Counted from the first letter of the stretch, positions 31,387 through 41,850 are shown. The stretch is DNA of 64,000 nt from Verrucomicrobiaceae bacterium (GCA_051252135.1 JBPOGH010000016.1:41282-105281); one strand, 5' to 3'. Notes: generated by a model from the letters alone, not told the origin. Translations and numbers: made by a program.

Positions 31387-32001
31387 ATGACCTCGTTTCT
31401 TATCAATCCCATAACCACCTTCGTAGCAGGCAGCATCCTCACCCTGCTCGTTCTGGGATTCAGCCTTTCATCCGCCACCGGACCGAACCTGACCGCGGAC
31501 AAGGTCAAAGCCTACCGCGCCGCCATGGCCAAGGCCGGCATCAACGGACCCGCCGCCGGATCACCTGAAGAAAAAGCCGCCCTCGAGCGCTTCCAGAACT
31601 TTCTCAAAAACGTCGGAGACAAAGACTACATCGAGCAGGAAACCGCCAAAGCATACGCCCCCGGCGCTTACCTCGATGACACCATCGTCACCCACCACGG
31701 CCCCAAGGAGATCAAAGCGTATTTCCTCCAAACCGCCGACACCATGACCGCCTTCGAGGTCACCATCGACGACGTCTCCCGCTCCGGCCCCGACCACTAC
31801 GTCCGCTGGACCATGATCTTCTCCGCTCCCAAGCTCGGCGGCGGAGAACCCATCCACTCCGTCGGCATCAGCCAGGTCCGCTTCAATGAAGAAGGTCAGG
31901 TCGCCTTCCATCAGGACTTTTGGGACTCCGGACAAAACATCTACGGCCAAATCCCCGTCGTCGGCGGCTTGATTAACATCATTCAAAATCGCATGAAGTA
32001 G
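31387..32001 (+). CDS. SnoaL/NTF2-like protein with N-terminal anchor
   Basis: YAPGAYLDD, WTM, HQDFWD motifs. Confidence 0.8.
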   Translation: MTSFLINPITTFVAGSILTLLVLGFSLSSATGPNLTADKVKAYRAAMAKAGINGPAAGSPEEKAALERFQNFLKNVGDKDYIEQETAKAYAPGAYLDDTIVTHHGPKEIKAYFLQTADTMTAFEVTIDDVSRSGPDHYVRWTMIFSAPKLGGGEPIHSVGISQVRFNEEGQVAFHQDFWDSGQNIYGQIPVVGGLINIIQNRMK

Positions 32002-32026
32002 GTTCCCCTTCTCCCTTCGATCAAAA

Positions 32027-32998
32027 ATGAAGCCTCCACCCCAACAACCAAGCCCCACTCTCTTCAGGGTCCTTGGCCAATGGCTGGATTCCGACTACCG
32101 GCGCGAAGACCAACCTGATCCCGCCACCCTCCCCGATAAGATCAACTGGGAGCGCACCCTCCCCTTCCTCTTCCTCCACCTCGGCTGCCTCGCCGTCATC
32201 TGGGTCGGCTTCAGCTGGGTCTCCGCCCTCGCCGCCATCCTCCTCTACCTCGTCCGGATGTTCGCCATCACCGGATTCTACCACCGCTACTTTTCCCACA
32301 AGACCTTCAAGACCTCCCGCGTCATGCAGTTCCTCTTCGCTGCCCTCGGGAACTCCTCCATGCAACGAGGGCCCCTCTGGTGGGCCGCCACCCATCGCCA
32401 TCACCACAAGCACTCCGACGAAGAAGTCGACCCCCACTCCCCCGTCGCCCACGGCTTCGCCTGGTCACACATCGGATGGCTCACTTCGATGAAAAACTTT
32501 CCCACCGACTACGACAGCATCGCCGATCTCAAAAAATTTCCCGAGCTCGTCTTCCTCAACCGCTTCGATCAACTCGTCCCCCTCGTCTACGGCCTCACCA
32601 TGCTCGCCCTCGGCGCCCTCCTCGAGTTCCTCTTCCCCGCCACCGGCGTCACCATGGGCCAGTTCTTCATCTGGACCTTCTTCATCTCCACCACCGTCCT
32701 CCTCCACGGCACTCTCTTCATCAACTCCCTCGCCCACGTCTGGGGAAAACGCCGCTATCAAACCGACGACGACTCACGCAACTCACTCCTCCTCGCCATC
32801 ATCACTCTCGGCGAGGGCTGGCATAACAACCACCACCGCTACCCCCACGCCACCCGTCAGGGTTTTCGCTGGTGGGAAATCGACCCCACCTACTACGGCC
32901 TCAAATTCCTCTCCTGGTGCGGCCTCATCTGGGACCTCCGCCCCGTCCCTCAACGCGTCATCGACGAAGCTCGCACTTCGCGAAATGACGCCGCCTAA
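32027..32998 (+). CDS. Delta-9-type acyl-CoA/acyl-lipid desaturase
   Basis: His boxes HRYFSH, HRHHH, HNNHH. Confidence 0.92.
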   Translation: MKPPPQQPSPTLFRVLGQWLDSDYRREDQPDPATLPDKINWERTLPFLFLHLGCLAVIWVGFSWVSALAAILLYLVRMFAITGFYHRYFSHKTFKTSRVMQFLFAALGNSSMQRGPLWWAATHRHHHKHSDEEVDPHSPVAHGFAWSHIGWLTSMKNFPTDYDSIADLKKFPELVFLNRFDQLVPLVYGLTMLALGALLEFLFPATGVTMGQFFIWTFFISTTVLLHGTLFINSLAHVWGKRRYQTDDDSRNSLLLAIITLGEGWHNNHHRYPHATRQGFRWWEIDPTYYGLKFLSWCGLIWDLRPVPQRVIDEARTSRNDAA

Positions 32999-33001
32999 AA
33001 G

Positions 33002-34258
33002 ATGAATCGCAAACGCATCGCCATCATCGGTTCCGGAATCTCCGGCATGGGCTGTGCGCACTTCCTGCACCCGCACCACGACATCACCCTCTTCGAAAAG
33101 GACCACCGCATCGGCGGCCATTCCAACACCGTCACCACTCGCGAGGACGACCGCGACCTCCCCATCGACACCGGCTTCATGGTCTACAATGAAGTCACCT
33201 ACCCCCTCCTCACCCGCCTCTTCAAGGAGCTAGACGTCGAGACCCGGGAAACCTCGATGTCCTTCAGCGTCCAACATCTACAGGACCGACTCGAGTTCAA
33301 TGGCGGCAGCCTCAACCTCCTCTTCAGCCAGCGCAAAAACCTCTTCCGCCCGCGCTTCTGGAAGATGCTTCTCCAGATCAATCGCTTCAACAAGGAGACC
33401 GTCGCCGAGATCAAGGACCCGCAGCATCCCGAAATGACGCTCGCCCAATACGTCGACCACCGCGGCTACGGACAGGATTTTCTCAACTGGTACCTCGCCC
33501 CCATGGCCGCCGCCGTCTGGTCCAGTCCGCCCGATCTCATCGCAGACTTCCCCGCCCACGCCCTGATGAAGTTCTGGCACAACCACGGCTTCCTCGGTCT
33601 CGACACCCAGCACCAATGGCGCACCGTCTGCGGCGGCTCGCGCGAATACGTCAAAAAAATCATCGCTCCCTTCGCCGACCGCATCGTCCGCGACCAAACC
33701 GTCCAATCGATCACTCCTTACAACGCGCTCACCTTCACCGACGGCTCCCCGCAGCAGTTCGATATCGTCATCAGCGCCGCTCACGGCGACCAGGCCCGCC
33801 GCCTCCTCACTTCCCCCACCCCGCTCGAAGCGGAAGTCCTCGACTGCTTCTCCTACCAACCCAATCTCGCCGTCCTCCACACCGATGAACGATTCATGCC
33901 CCGCACGAAACGCTGCTGGGCTTCGTGGAACTACCGCATCGATCACGGAAAAAACTCCACCATCTACTGGATGAACAGCCTCCAGGGCGTCTCCAAAAAA
34001 ACAAACTACTTCGTCTCCATCAACCCCTCGTCTCCCATCGACGACTCCAAGGTCGTCCAACGCCTCGACTACGAGCACCCCCTCTTCGACCTCCGCGCCA
34101 TCGCCGCCCAAAAACGCATCCCCGAGCTCCATCAGGCCGGCGCTTCAACCGACCGCTACTTCTGCGGCGCATGGCAGCGCAACGGCTTCCACGAGGACGG
34201 CCTCTGGTCCGCCTACCAACTCTGCACCGCCCTCCTCGGAAAGGAACCCTGGTCATGA
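33002..34258 (+). CDS. FAD-dependent oxidoreductase (COG2907 type)
   Basis: GSGISG, GGHSNT, DTGFMVYN, WASWNY, GFHEDG. Confidence 0.9.
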   Translation: MNRKRIAIIGSGISGMGCAHFLHPHHDITLFEKDHRIGGHSNTVTTREDDRDLPIDTGFMVYNEVTYPLLTRLFKELDVETRETSMSFSVQHLQDRLEFNGGSLNLLFSQRKNLFRPRFWKMLLQINRFNKETVAEIKDPQHPEMTLAQYVDHRGYGQDFLNWYLAPMAAAVWSSPPDLIADFPAHALMKFWHNHGFLGLDTQHQWRTVCGGSREYVKKIIAPFADRIVRDQTVQSITPYNALTFTDGSPQQFDIVISAAHGDQARRLLTSPTPLEAEVLDCFSYQPNLAVLHTDERFMPRTKRCWASWNYRIDHGKNSTIYWMNSLQGVSKKTNYFVSINPSSPIDDSKVVQRLDYEHPLFDLRAIAAQKRIPELHQAGASTDRYFCGAWQRNGFHEDGLWSAYQLCTALLGKEPWS

Positions 34259-35034
34259 CCTCCGCGCTCTACGAATGCGACGTCATGCACCGGCGCCTCA
34301 AACCCAAGCAAAAGGCGTTCTCCTACAAGGTCTTCATGCTCAGCATCGATCTCGACAACTTCCCCCGCCTCCCCTTCCTCGGCCACAACCGCTTCAGCCT
34401 CTTCGCCCTCAACGACCGCGACCACATCGACCTCGGACTCCCCGGCGGCATCCGCCCAAATCTCGCCGCCTGGCTCGCCCAACAAAACGTCACCCTCTCT
34501 CCAACTTCCTCCGTCCGCCTCGTCACCTTCCCCACCGTCCTCGGCTACGGCTTCAACCCCGTCTCCTTCTACTACGTCACCGATGAAAACGGGGAACCCG
34601 AGTTCGCTGTCGCGGAAGTCTGCAACACCTTCCGCGAAATGAAACTCTTCCTCGTCGATGGAAAAGCCGACGCCGCCTGGCACAAGCGCATCGCCAAAAA
34701 CTTCTACGTCTCACCCTTCTCCGATCCCGGCGACGCCTTCAATTTCAAGCTCGGAATCCCCGGCGAACACCTCCGCGTCAACATCGACAACATCGAGGAC
34801 GACGGCACTTCGCTCATCACCACCGTCCGCGGCCAACGCCACCCCCTCACCTCCGCCCGCCTCCTCTGGTTCTCCCTCAAGTATCCCCTCCTCTCGCTTA
34901 AGATCATCACCATGATCCACTGGCAGGCCCTCAAGCTCTGGCTCAAAAAAGTCCGCCTCTTCCGCAAGACCGACCGCCCCGAAGCCCAAACCGACGTCCT
35001 TCGCCCACACTCCTCAATCACACGCAAACCATGA
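34255..35034 (+). CDS. DUF1365 protein
   Basis: HRRLKP, FNPVSFYY, EVCNTF, FYVSPF, IHWQALKLW. Confidence 0.9.
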   Translation: MTSALYECDVMHRRLKPKQKAFSYKVFMLSIDLDNFPRLPFLGHNRFSLFALNDRDHIDLGLPGGIRPNLAAWLAQQNVTLSPTSSVRLVTFPTVLGYGFNPVSFYYVTDENGEPEFAVAEVCNTFREMKLFLVDGKADAAWHKRIAKNFYVSPFSDPGDAFNFKLGIPGEHLRVNIDNIEDDGTSLITTVRGQRHPLTSARLLWFSLKYPLLSLKIITMIHWQALKLWLKKVRLFRKTDRPEAQTDVLRPHSSITRKP

Positions 35035-36290
35035 GCACCTCAGCACCAGCCAAAAACGGACTCCCCGAGAAACTCGTCCTCGGACTCCTCAACAAAATGC
35101 CCCTCGGCAAACTCCGCCTCGAGTATGCCGATGGCTCAGTCCGTCACTTCGGCGACGAAAAATCGGAGGTCACCGCCAGCGTCAAAATCAACAACGACGA
35201 GGAGTTCTTCAAGCGCTGCGCCTACTACGGAAACGTCGGCATGGGCGAGGCCTATACCGATGGCATCTGGGACACTCCCGACATCCGAGCTGTCATCTCC
35301 TGGTTCATCTTCAACATGGAAGCACTCCAGGGATCGGATACCGCCTCCGACAAACTCCCCGGCGTCAACCTCCTCAAAATCGTCAACTGGTTCCGCCACC
35401 TCAAGCGCGCTAACACCGTCGAGACCAGCCGCCGTAACATCTCCGAGCACTACGATCTCGGCAACGAGTTCTACTCCCTCTGGCTCGATGAAACGATGAC
35501 CTACTCCTGCGCCAAGTTCGAATATCCAGACGCCGCTTTCGCCGACGCCCAGTCCGCAAAATACGAAGCCCTCTGCCAAAAACTCAAACTCAAGCCCGGC
35601 GACACCGTCCTCGAAATCGGCTGCGGCTGGGGAGGCTTCGGCGTCCATGCCGCCAAAAACCACGGCGTCAAAGTCACCGGCGTCACCATCTCCCAGGCCC
35701 AGGCCGACTACGCCCGCGAACGCATCAAGCGCGAAGGACTCGAAGACCAATTCGAAGTCCTCATCCAGGACTACCGCCACATCAAGGGCCAGTTCGATAA
35801 GATCGTCTCCATCGAAATGATCGAGGCCGTCGGCCACAAATTCCACGAGCCCTTCTTCGCCAAATGCCACGAGGTCCTCGCCCCCGATGGCCTCCTCGCC
35901 ATCCAGATGATCACCGTCCCCGACAACCGCTACCAAAGCCTCACCAAAGGCGTCGACTGGATCCAAAAAGTCGTCTTCCCCGGCTCCCTCCTCATGAGCA
36001 TCGGCCGCGTCAACGACGTCCTTGCCAAGACCTCCGACATGTTCCTCCACGACCTCGAAGACTTCGGCGCCTACTACGTCCAGACCCTCCAAAACTGGCA
36101 CCAACGCTTCAATGCCGCCCGCGAAAAACTCCCCGCCCTCGGCTTCGACGAACCCTTCATCCGCACCTGGAACTACTACCTCAAATACTGCGAAGCCGGC
36201 TTCAACACCCGCAACATCTCCGTCGTCCAAGCCGTCTACACCCGCCCCAACAACCCAACCCTCACCACCCCCCAACAAAGCAATTCCTAA
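35031..36290 (+). CDS. Cyclopropane-fatty-acyl-phospholipid synthase family methyltransferase
   Basis: HYDLGNEFY, MTYS, LEIGCGWG, SIEMIEAVG, YCEAGF. Confidence 0.9.
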   Translation: MSTSAPAKNGLPEKLVLGLLNKMPLGKLRLEYADGSVRHFGDEKSEVTASVKINNDEEFFKRCAYYGNVGMGEAYTDGIWDTPDIRAVISWFIFNMEALQGSDTASDKLPGVNLLKIVNWFRHLKRANTVETSRRNISEHYDLGNEFYSLWLDETMTYSCAKFEYPDAAFADAQSAKYEALCQKLKLKPGDTVLEIGCGWGGFGVHAAKNHGVKVTGVTISQAQADYARERIKREGLEDQFEVLIQDYRHIKGQFDKIVSIEMIEAVGHKFHEPFFAKCHEVLAPDGLLAIQMITVPDNRYQSLTKGVDWIQKVVFPGSLLMSIGRVNDVLAKTSDMFLHDLEDFGAYYVQTLQNWHQRFNAAREKLPALGFDEPFIRTWNYYLKYCEAGFNTRNISVVQAVYTRPNNPTLTTPQQSNS

Positions 36291-36334
36291 TCCCTAATTC
36301 TAAATTCCAAATTCTCCACCCTCCCTCCAACCCC

Positions 36335-36847
36335 ATGCCGCCCACCAACATCGCCCCCGCCCCCCGCCCCTGGTGGCATCGCTGGTTCATTCAACCCGTC
36401 GCCCGGCAGCTCACCCAAGGCATCTCCCCCGAAAAACTCGGCTGGACCATCGCCGCCGGCATCGTCCTCGGCATCTTCCCCATCATGGGAACCACCACCT
36501 TCATCTGCTTCGCCGCCGCCTGGCTCCTCAAGCTCAACCAACCCGTCATCCAGACCGCCTGCCACGCCGTCTACGCCCTCCATCTCGCCCTCATCCTCGT
36601 CTTCATCCGCGCCGGACAAGCCCTCTTCGGCGCCGACCCCATCCCCTTTTCCATCTCCCAACTCCTCGGCCGCTTCACCGATGACCCGTGGCAATTCGCC
36701 AAAGACTTCGGCGTCGCCGCCCTCCAGGGCATCACCGCCTGGGCTCTTGTCGCCCCCCTCCTCCTCTTCGCCATCAAGCTCACCATCACTCCGGTCCTCG
36801 GACGCTTCGCCAAAAAACTCCAGCAACGAAAGGAGCTAGCCGCATGA
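36335..36847 (+). CDS. DUF2062-like membrane protein
   Basis: QGISPEKL...GIFPIMGTTT...LKLNQP. Confidence 0.75.
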   Translation: MPPTNIAPAPRPWWHRWFIQPVARQLTQGISPEKLGWTIAAGIVLGIFPIMGTTTFICFAAAWLLKLNQPVIQTACHAVYALHLALILVFIRAGQALFGADPIPFSISQLLGRFTDDPWQFAKDFGVAALQGITAWALVAPLLLFAIKLTITPVLGRFAKKLQQRKELAA

Positions 36848-37626
36848 ACGACTGGACCATCTTCCCCGGCGTCGGCCTCCTCATGCTCGCCATCTTCTCC
36901 CTCGCCTGGCACTGGGGAAAGACCATCAACAACTACTCCCTCGTCGATGCCTTCTGGGCCTTCGGCATCGCCCTCTCCGGCATCATCTTCGCTCTCCTCG
37001 GAAATGGCGACCTCCCCAAGCGCCTCGCCGCCGGATCCCTCGCCGCCTTCTGGGGCATCCGCCTCGGCTACCACCTTGCCAAGCGCATCCGCAAACATCA
37101 CCCCACCGAAGACTCCCGCTACCAAAAACTCCGCGAAGTCTGGCGCGGCCGCGAAGCCTCCGCCTTCTTCTGGTTCTTTCAGGCCCAGGCCCTCTCCGTC
37201 CTCCTCCTCGCCCTCCCCTATTTCCTCATCGCCCGCGACTCCTCACCCTGGGGACTCTTCGAAACCCTCGGCCTCACCGTCGCCCTCATCGGCATCGCCG
37301 GCGAAATCCTCTCCGACCACCAACTCTCCCAATTCGTCGAACACCGCACCGATCCCAACGCCGTCTGCCAAACCGGCCTCTGGCGCTACTCCCGCCACCC
37401 CAACTACTTCTTCGAAATGGTCATCTGGATCGGCATCTACCTCTTCGCCTGCGGATCCGCCTACGGCTGGGCCACCATCCACGCCCCCCTCATCATCACC
37501 TTCCTTCTTCTCAAAGTCACCGGCATCCCGCCCTCCGAAGCCTCGTCCCTCAAGAAAAAGGGCGACCGCTACCGCGCCTACCAACGCACCACCAGCCCCT
37601 TCATCCCCCTTCCTCCTAGAAAATAA
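36844..37626 (+). CDS. DUF1295 (steroid 5-alpha-reductase-like) membrane protein
   Basis: VDAFW, EDSRY, GLWRYSRHPNYFFE, YQRTTSPFIP. Confidence 0.9.
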   Translation: MNDWTIFPGVGLLMLAIFSLAWHWGKTINNYSLVDAFWAFGIALSGIIFALLGNGDLPKRLAAGSLAAFWGIRLGYHLAKRIRKHHPTEDSRYQKLREVWRGREASAFFWFFQAQALSVLLLALPYFLIARDSSPWGLFETLGLTVALIGIAGEILSDHQLSQFVEHRTDPNAVCQTGLWRYSRHPNYFFEMVIWIGIYLFACGSAYGWATIHAPLIITFLLLKVTGIPPSEASSLKKKGDRYRAYQRTTSPFIPLPPRK

Positions 37627-38664
37627 ATGAGCACCATCGACGACCTCCTCGCCAAGGACATCCTCCCCGACTTCCTCATCCGCTACGGCATCCGCCAGCG
37701 CCTCCGGGAAACGCTCGACCCCTTCGAAAAACTCGACCCCGAAGGCCGGCAAAAACTCCTCATGGAGCACATCGCCGACCTCAAGTCCTCCCCCATCGCC
37801 ATCGCCACCAATGAGGCCAACGAGCAACACTACGAGCTCCCCACCGCCTTCTTCCAAAAGTGCCTCGGACCCCACATGAAGTACTCCTCCGGCTACTGGG
37901 ACCCCGGCGTCACCGACATCAAGACCTCCGAGGGACGCATGCTCGCCCTCACCTGCGAGCGCGCGAATCTAAAAGACGGCGACCGCATCCTCGAGCTCGG
38001 CTGCGGCTGGGGCTCCCTCACCCTCTGGATGGCAAAACACTTCCCCAATTCACAAATCACCGCCGTCTCGAACTCCCGCACCCAGAAGGAATACATCGAC
38101 GCCCAAGCCCAGGAACGCGGCCTCACCAACATCGAGATCAAAACCGTCAACATGATCGACTACCAAGGCGAAGGAACAGAGCTTTTCGACCGCGCCGTCT
38201 CCGTCGAAATGTTCGAGCACATGAAGAACTACCAGCTTCTGTTAGAACGCATCTCCACCTGGCTCAAACCCGGCGGCACCCTCTTCGTCCACATCTTCAC
38301 CCACCGCGAATACGCCTACCACTACGAGGCCAAAAACGAAGACGACTGGATGGCCCGCTACTTCTTCACCGGAGGCCAAATGCCCTCCGACGACCTCCTC
38401 CTCTACTTCCAGGACCACCTCAGGATCGACGACCACTGGCAGGTCCCCGGCACCCACTACGCCAAAACCTCCGAAGCCTGGCTCGCCCTCATGGACCAAC
38501 ACGCCGACGAACTCAAACCCCTCATTTCCGAAACCTACGGCGCCGACCAAGCCAAAAAATGGTGGGTCTGGTGGCGCTGCTTCTACCTCGCCTGCGCCGA
38601 ACTCTGGGCCTTCAAAAACGGCCAAGAATGGATCGTCTCCCACTACCGCTTCAAAAAGCCATAG
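37627..38664 (+). CDS. Second CMAS-family SAM methyltransferase
   Basis: ANEQHYE, KYSS, LELGCGWGS, VEMFEHM, FFTGG. Confidence 0.9.
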   Translation: MSTIDDLLAKDILPDFLIRYGIRQRLRETLDPFEKLDPEGRQKLLMEHIADLKSSPIAIATNEANEQHYELPTAFFQKCLGPHMKYSSGYWDPGVTDIKTSEGRMLALTCERANLKDGDRILELGCGWGSLTLWMAKHFPNSQITAVSNSRTQKEYIDAQAQERGLTNIEIKTVNMIDYQGEGTELFDRAVSVEMFEHMKNYQLLLERISTWLKPGGTLFVHIFTHREYAYHYEAKNEDDWMARYFFTGGQMPSDDLLLYFQDHLRIDDHWQVPGTHYAKTSEAWLALMDQHADELKPLISETYGADQAKKWWVWWRCFYLACAELWAFKNGQEWIVSHYRFKKP

Positions 38665-38693
38665 CACAATCGGATCGTCCACAACTCCAGACG

Positions 38694-38835
38694 GTCCTGA
38701 AGGGACAAAAAAACAAAGCATGGGGCTTCAGCCCCATGCTCAAGGCTCCCCAGCTCCGAAGGAGCGTCAGGCATATAGCCCCCAGCCTCGGCTGGGGGAT
38801 CCCCCGCACCCAGAGATTCCAAGCTCCGAAGGTGC
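38694..38835. repeat. Cluster of REP-like palindromes
   Basis: GTCCT-GAA-GGGAC, AGCATGGGGC-TTCA-GCCCCATGCT, GCTCC-GAA-GGAGC, CCCCCAGCC-TC-GGCTGGGGG, GCTCCGAAGGTGC. Confidence 0.75.
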
Positions 38836-39024
38836 GCAGGCACAGGCTTTCAATCAGTCGCATCCTCGCTGTATTCGAGATCATGCTTCTCGCCGAATTC
38901 ACGGAATTAGGAAAAGGGCTCCAAAAGCCCTTAGAAGTTGCTAAGAATAATCGAACTGACAAGGTGGTTTCAGCAATTGCAACATATAAGACGCTGCACT
39001 TAATCTTGAAGCGAGCCACACAAA

Positions 39025-41085
39025 ATGAACGGACCATCAGATTCACCTAACAATGGGCGAGGGAATATCGTCGCATTGAATATAGGTGACCTTGACCGAA
39101 TGAAGAGGCTTTATAAAGGCTTCAAAAAAGATCTTGGATTTTTCCCAGATGGAGCATTTAGACAATACTTGTCCGGCGGCGAATGTCTCGGAGTTATCGA
39201 TTCTGAGAAGAAACTACGGGGCTACTTGATCTTTAATGAGGGAACCGACGGAGTTCGAATAATTCAAATCTGTGTCTGTCCATCTACCCACGGAAAGGGT
39301 TATGCTAAACGTCTGGTAGACAAGCTGAAATCTAAATTTTCGTCGAAGCTTTATCTTAGGTTGAAATGCCGAAGAGACTTTGATGCCCACAGGTTTTGGA
39401 CTCACATGGGGTTTGTCGTTCACAATGAGGAGGTAGGAAAATCTAAGGAAGGCCATATTCTTTCCAACTTTTACTTTCGATTTTCGAAAGCTCCGAATCA
39501 AGACTTACTCAGTTTGATCGATTCTATGGCGGATGATCGACTCGCCGCAGTAATCGATGCTCAGATCTTTTTCGATATTTTCGAGGACCCAAGCCCAAAG
39601 AACCTGGCCTCGCAAAATTTGACTTCGGGATTTTCTGAGGAAAGGTGTCGCTTGTTTATATCGGACGAGACATTGGCTGAGATTGACAGGAAAGATGACC
39701 GAGTTCTACGAAAAGAATCCAGAGATCGCGCGCGAGGATTTGACTCTATTCCTTTCGATCATGCACGAGCTGATTTATTGACAACAGAACTGAAGTCGAT
39801 CCTTCCTCATAAGACTCCAAATCAGATATCAGACATTAGACAGATTGCAAAAGCCGCAGCCTCTTCCGCTGACTGCTTTCTCACTCGGGACGAACTTCTC
39901 TCTTCGAGAAGCAATGAGATATTAGAACTGACTGGCCTTGAAGTGTTGAGACCGACGGAGTTCCTTCTAGAGCTACACGAAAAAAGTCGGCACCGCCCCC
40001 ATTCACCACGCTTTATCGCGGGAATGAGCCTTAAATGGGAAAGGCTTTCTTCAACATTTCTGAAAGCGCTGGACGTTGGACTTTTCACGCTTGCTGGCGA
40101 ACGCTCCACACAACTGAGAAATTTTCTGGAAGATAGTTGCGTGGATACTACCCAACAGGTTTGCGAAATCCTCAGAGCTAGTGATCTGACTGTCGGAATC
40201 CGTGTTTTACGGAAATCTGGAGATTCCGAGCTTGAGCTTTCATTTATCAGGTTGAGCCGGGAATCGACCAATCCTGATATTTTTCAGCGATTTTTACTGG
40301 CTGACACAATAAAATCGGCCTCTGAGCAGGGGAGAGAAATCATCAAACTCACCGACACTCGCTCAGAAGCGCTTTTTGGTTCAGCATTGGATCATCTCGG
40401 TTTCGCTCGAGTTGGGCTTTTTTTTGTCCGCCTTATCATCCCCGAGGTCACTGACCGCAGCAGGGCAGCTAGAATCACTCAGAAACTCGGGTTTCAGGAC
40501 CTCTCTAGTTTTTCCGATGAACAGATGGAACGCCTTTGTGCACCGATGCAGATTTCACCTCGTCGCCTGTTCTTTATGATTCCAATAATTCCGAATTTTG
40601 CGAGGCAGATGTTGGATGATCGAGCGGCTCAACAGGATATGTTCGCAGAAAAGGCCCAAGTTTTTCTCAGAACTGAGAACGTTTTCTACCGGACTCACTC
40701 CCGGCATCACATGCTTAATGCTCCAGCCCGCATCCTTTGGTATGTAAGCGGAGAAGTAGGAGAACTCATTGCCGTTTCAGATTTGGATCAAGTGGTTTCC
40801 GGCGAAGCCAAGCAGCTATTTAAAACTTTCAAAAAATTTGGAGTTCTCGATTGGAGAGAAGTACTTGAGGTATGCCAGGCGTCGGCTCATCAGAAAATCA
40901 TGGCACTCAAATTTTCAAACACCCATCCATTCGAGAAACCACTGCCCCTCAAATTACTGCGTCAAATATTTTCAGATCAAGGCCACAGTCTAGTCCTCCA
41001 ATCGCCCTGTCAGGTTTCTCGTGAAGTTGCACAGAAACTCTTTAAAGTAGCATTTCCTTCCCATGCAGAAAAATTCCAATCGTAA
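39025..41085 (+). CDS. Multidomain GNAT - PIN - (GNAT-like) - PUA/ASCH-like protein
   Basis: QICVCPSTHGKGYA...FWTHMGF (GNAT); VIDAQIFFD...EI...DIRQI...FLTRD (PIN); IPIIPNFA...NVFYR...ILWYVS (PUA-like); lower GC, no C skew. Confidence 0.75.
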   Translation: MNGPSDSPNNGRGNIVALNIGDLDRMKRLYKGFKKDLGFFPDGAFRQYLSGGECLGVIDSEKKLRGYLIFNEGTDGVRIIQICVCPSTHGKGYAKRLVDKLKSKFSSKLYLRLKCRRDFDAHRFWTHMGFVVHNEEVGKSKEGHILSNFYFRFSKAPNQDLLSLIDSMADDRLAAVIDAQIFFDIFEDPSPKNLASQNLTSGFSEERCRLFISDETLAEIDRKDDRVLRKESRDRARGFDSIPFDHARADLLTTELKSILPHKTPNQISDIRQIAKAAASSADCFLTRDELLSSRSNEILELTGLEVLRPTEFLLELHEKSRHRPHSPRFIAGMSLKWERLSSTFLKALDVGLFTLAGERSTQLRNFLEDSCVDTTQQVCEILRASDLTVGIRVLRKSGDSELELSFIRLSRESTNPDIFQRFLLADTIKSASEQGREIIKLTDTRSEALFGSALDHLGFARVGLFFVRLIIPEVTDRSRAARITQKLGFQDLSSFSDEQMERLCAPMQISPRRLFFMIPIIPNFARQMLDDRAAQQDMFAEKAQVFLRTENVFYRTHSRHHMLNAPARILWYVSGEVGELIAVSDLDQVVSGEAKQLFKTFKKFGVLDWREVLEVCQASAHQKIMALKFSNTHPFEKPLPLKLLRQIFSDQGHSLVLQSPCQVSREVAQKLFKVAFPSHAEKFQS

Positions 41086-41542
41086 GCCACTCTTGCTTTC
41101 CCTTAAGCCAATCTACGCCGATCTAGTATTTCTTGGTTTGAAGACAGCAGAGCTCCGGCGGAGGGTATCGAGTAGTCTGCAGAATCGGGACGTCTATGTC
41201 TATGTCTCTAGCCCCGTTATGGAGTTGCGTGGCGGCTTCCGAGTAGGAGAAGTGTGGAAAGATTCTCCGGACAACATATGGGACTTGGTATCCAGTTTTG
41301 CGAAAGTGGATCGTGCTACATTTGACGGCTATTACGAGGGATCCAACGTGGCTTACGCTCTCGAAATCAAAGAGGTTTGGAAATACCGCACGGCACTTAG
41401 CCTTCACGACCTTCGACAAAAGTTCGAAAATTTCGTCGTCCCCCAATCCTACAGATATTTGAATGAGGCAGAGATGCGCTCAATTCCCCGACTCAAAAGG
41501 AGAGGGATTAGTGTTCCTTCGCCAAATACTAAAGCTGTTTAA
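41063..41542 (+). CDS. ASCH domain protein (COG4933-like)
   Basis: LLSLKPIYADLVFLGLKTAELRR, VYVSSPV, PQSYRY; overlaps the upstream gene. Confidence 0.88.
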   Translation: MQKNSNRKPLLLSLKPIYADLVFLGLKTAELRRRVSSSLQNRDVYVYVSSPVMELRGGFRVGEVWKDSPDNIWDLVSSFAKVDRATFDGYYEGSNVAYALEIKEVWKYRTALSLHDLRQKFENFVVPQSYRYLNEAEMRSIPRLKRRGISVPSPNTKAV

Positions 41543-41599
41543 GAGTCCTTTGGAGAGAAGATCATCTCCAACGAAGCAGAAGATAAGCTCCCTCTGCAA

Positions 41600-41850
41600 C
41601 CAGATCGGCTCACCGTGAACGAACCAAACCCCTCCTGCCACGCAAAATCCTTCGGAACGCGAAAGATCTCCCTCACCCATCGGGTCGCCTTTGATTTCAC
41701 CACCCGAATCAAATCCGAGAGGCAATGCTTGGGACCGAGACTCACCAAGAGGTGAACATGATCCTCCACCCCTCCGATTTTCACAAGGTGGCCGCCTTCA
41801 CTCCGGATGATCCAGCCAATGTATTCGTAGATACGGGGTTCGATTCTACC
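41600..41850 (-). pseudogene. tnpA: Truncated IS200/IS605-type (RAYT-like) HUH transposase
   Basis: GGVEDHVHLL, VKSKATRW, FAWQEGFGSFTVS; N-terminal strand and C-terminal catalytic YI..Q helix missing. Confidence 0.8.
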
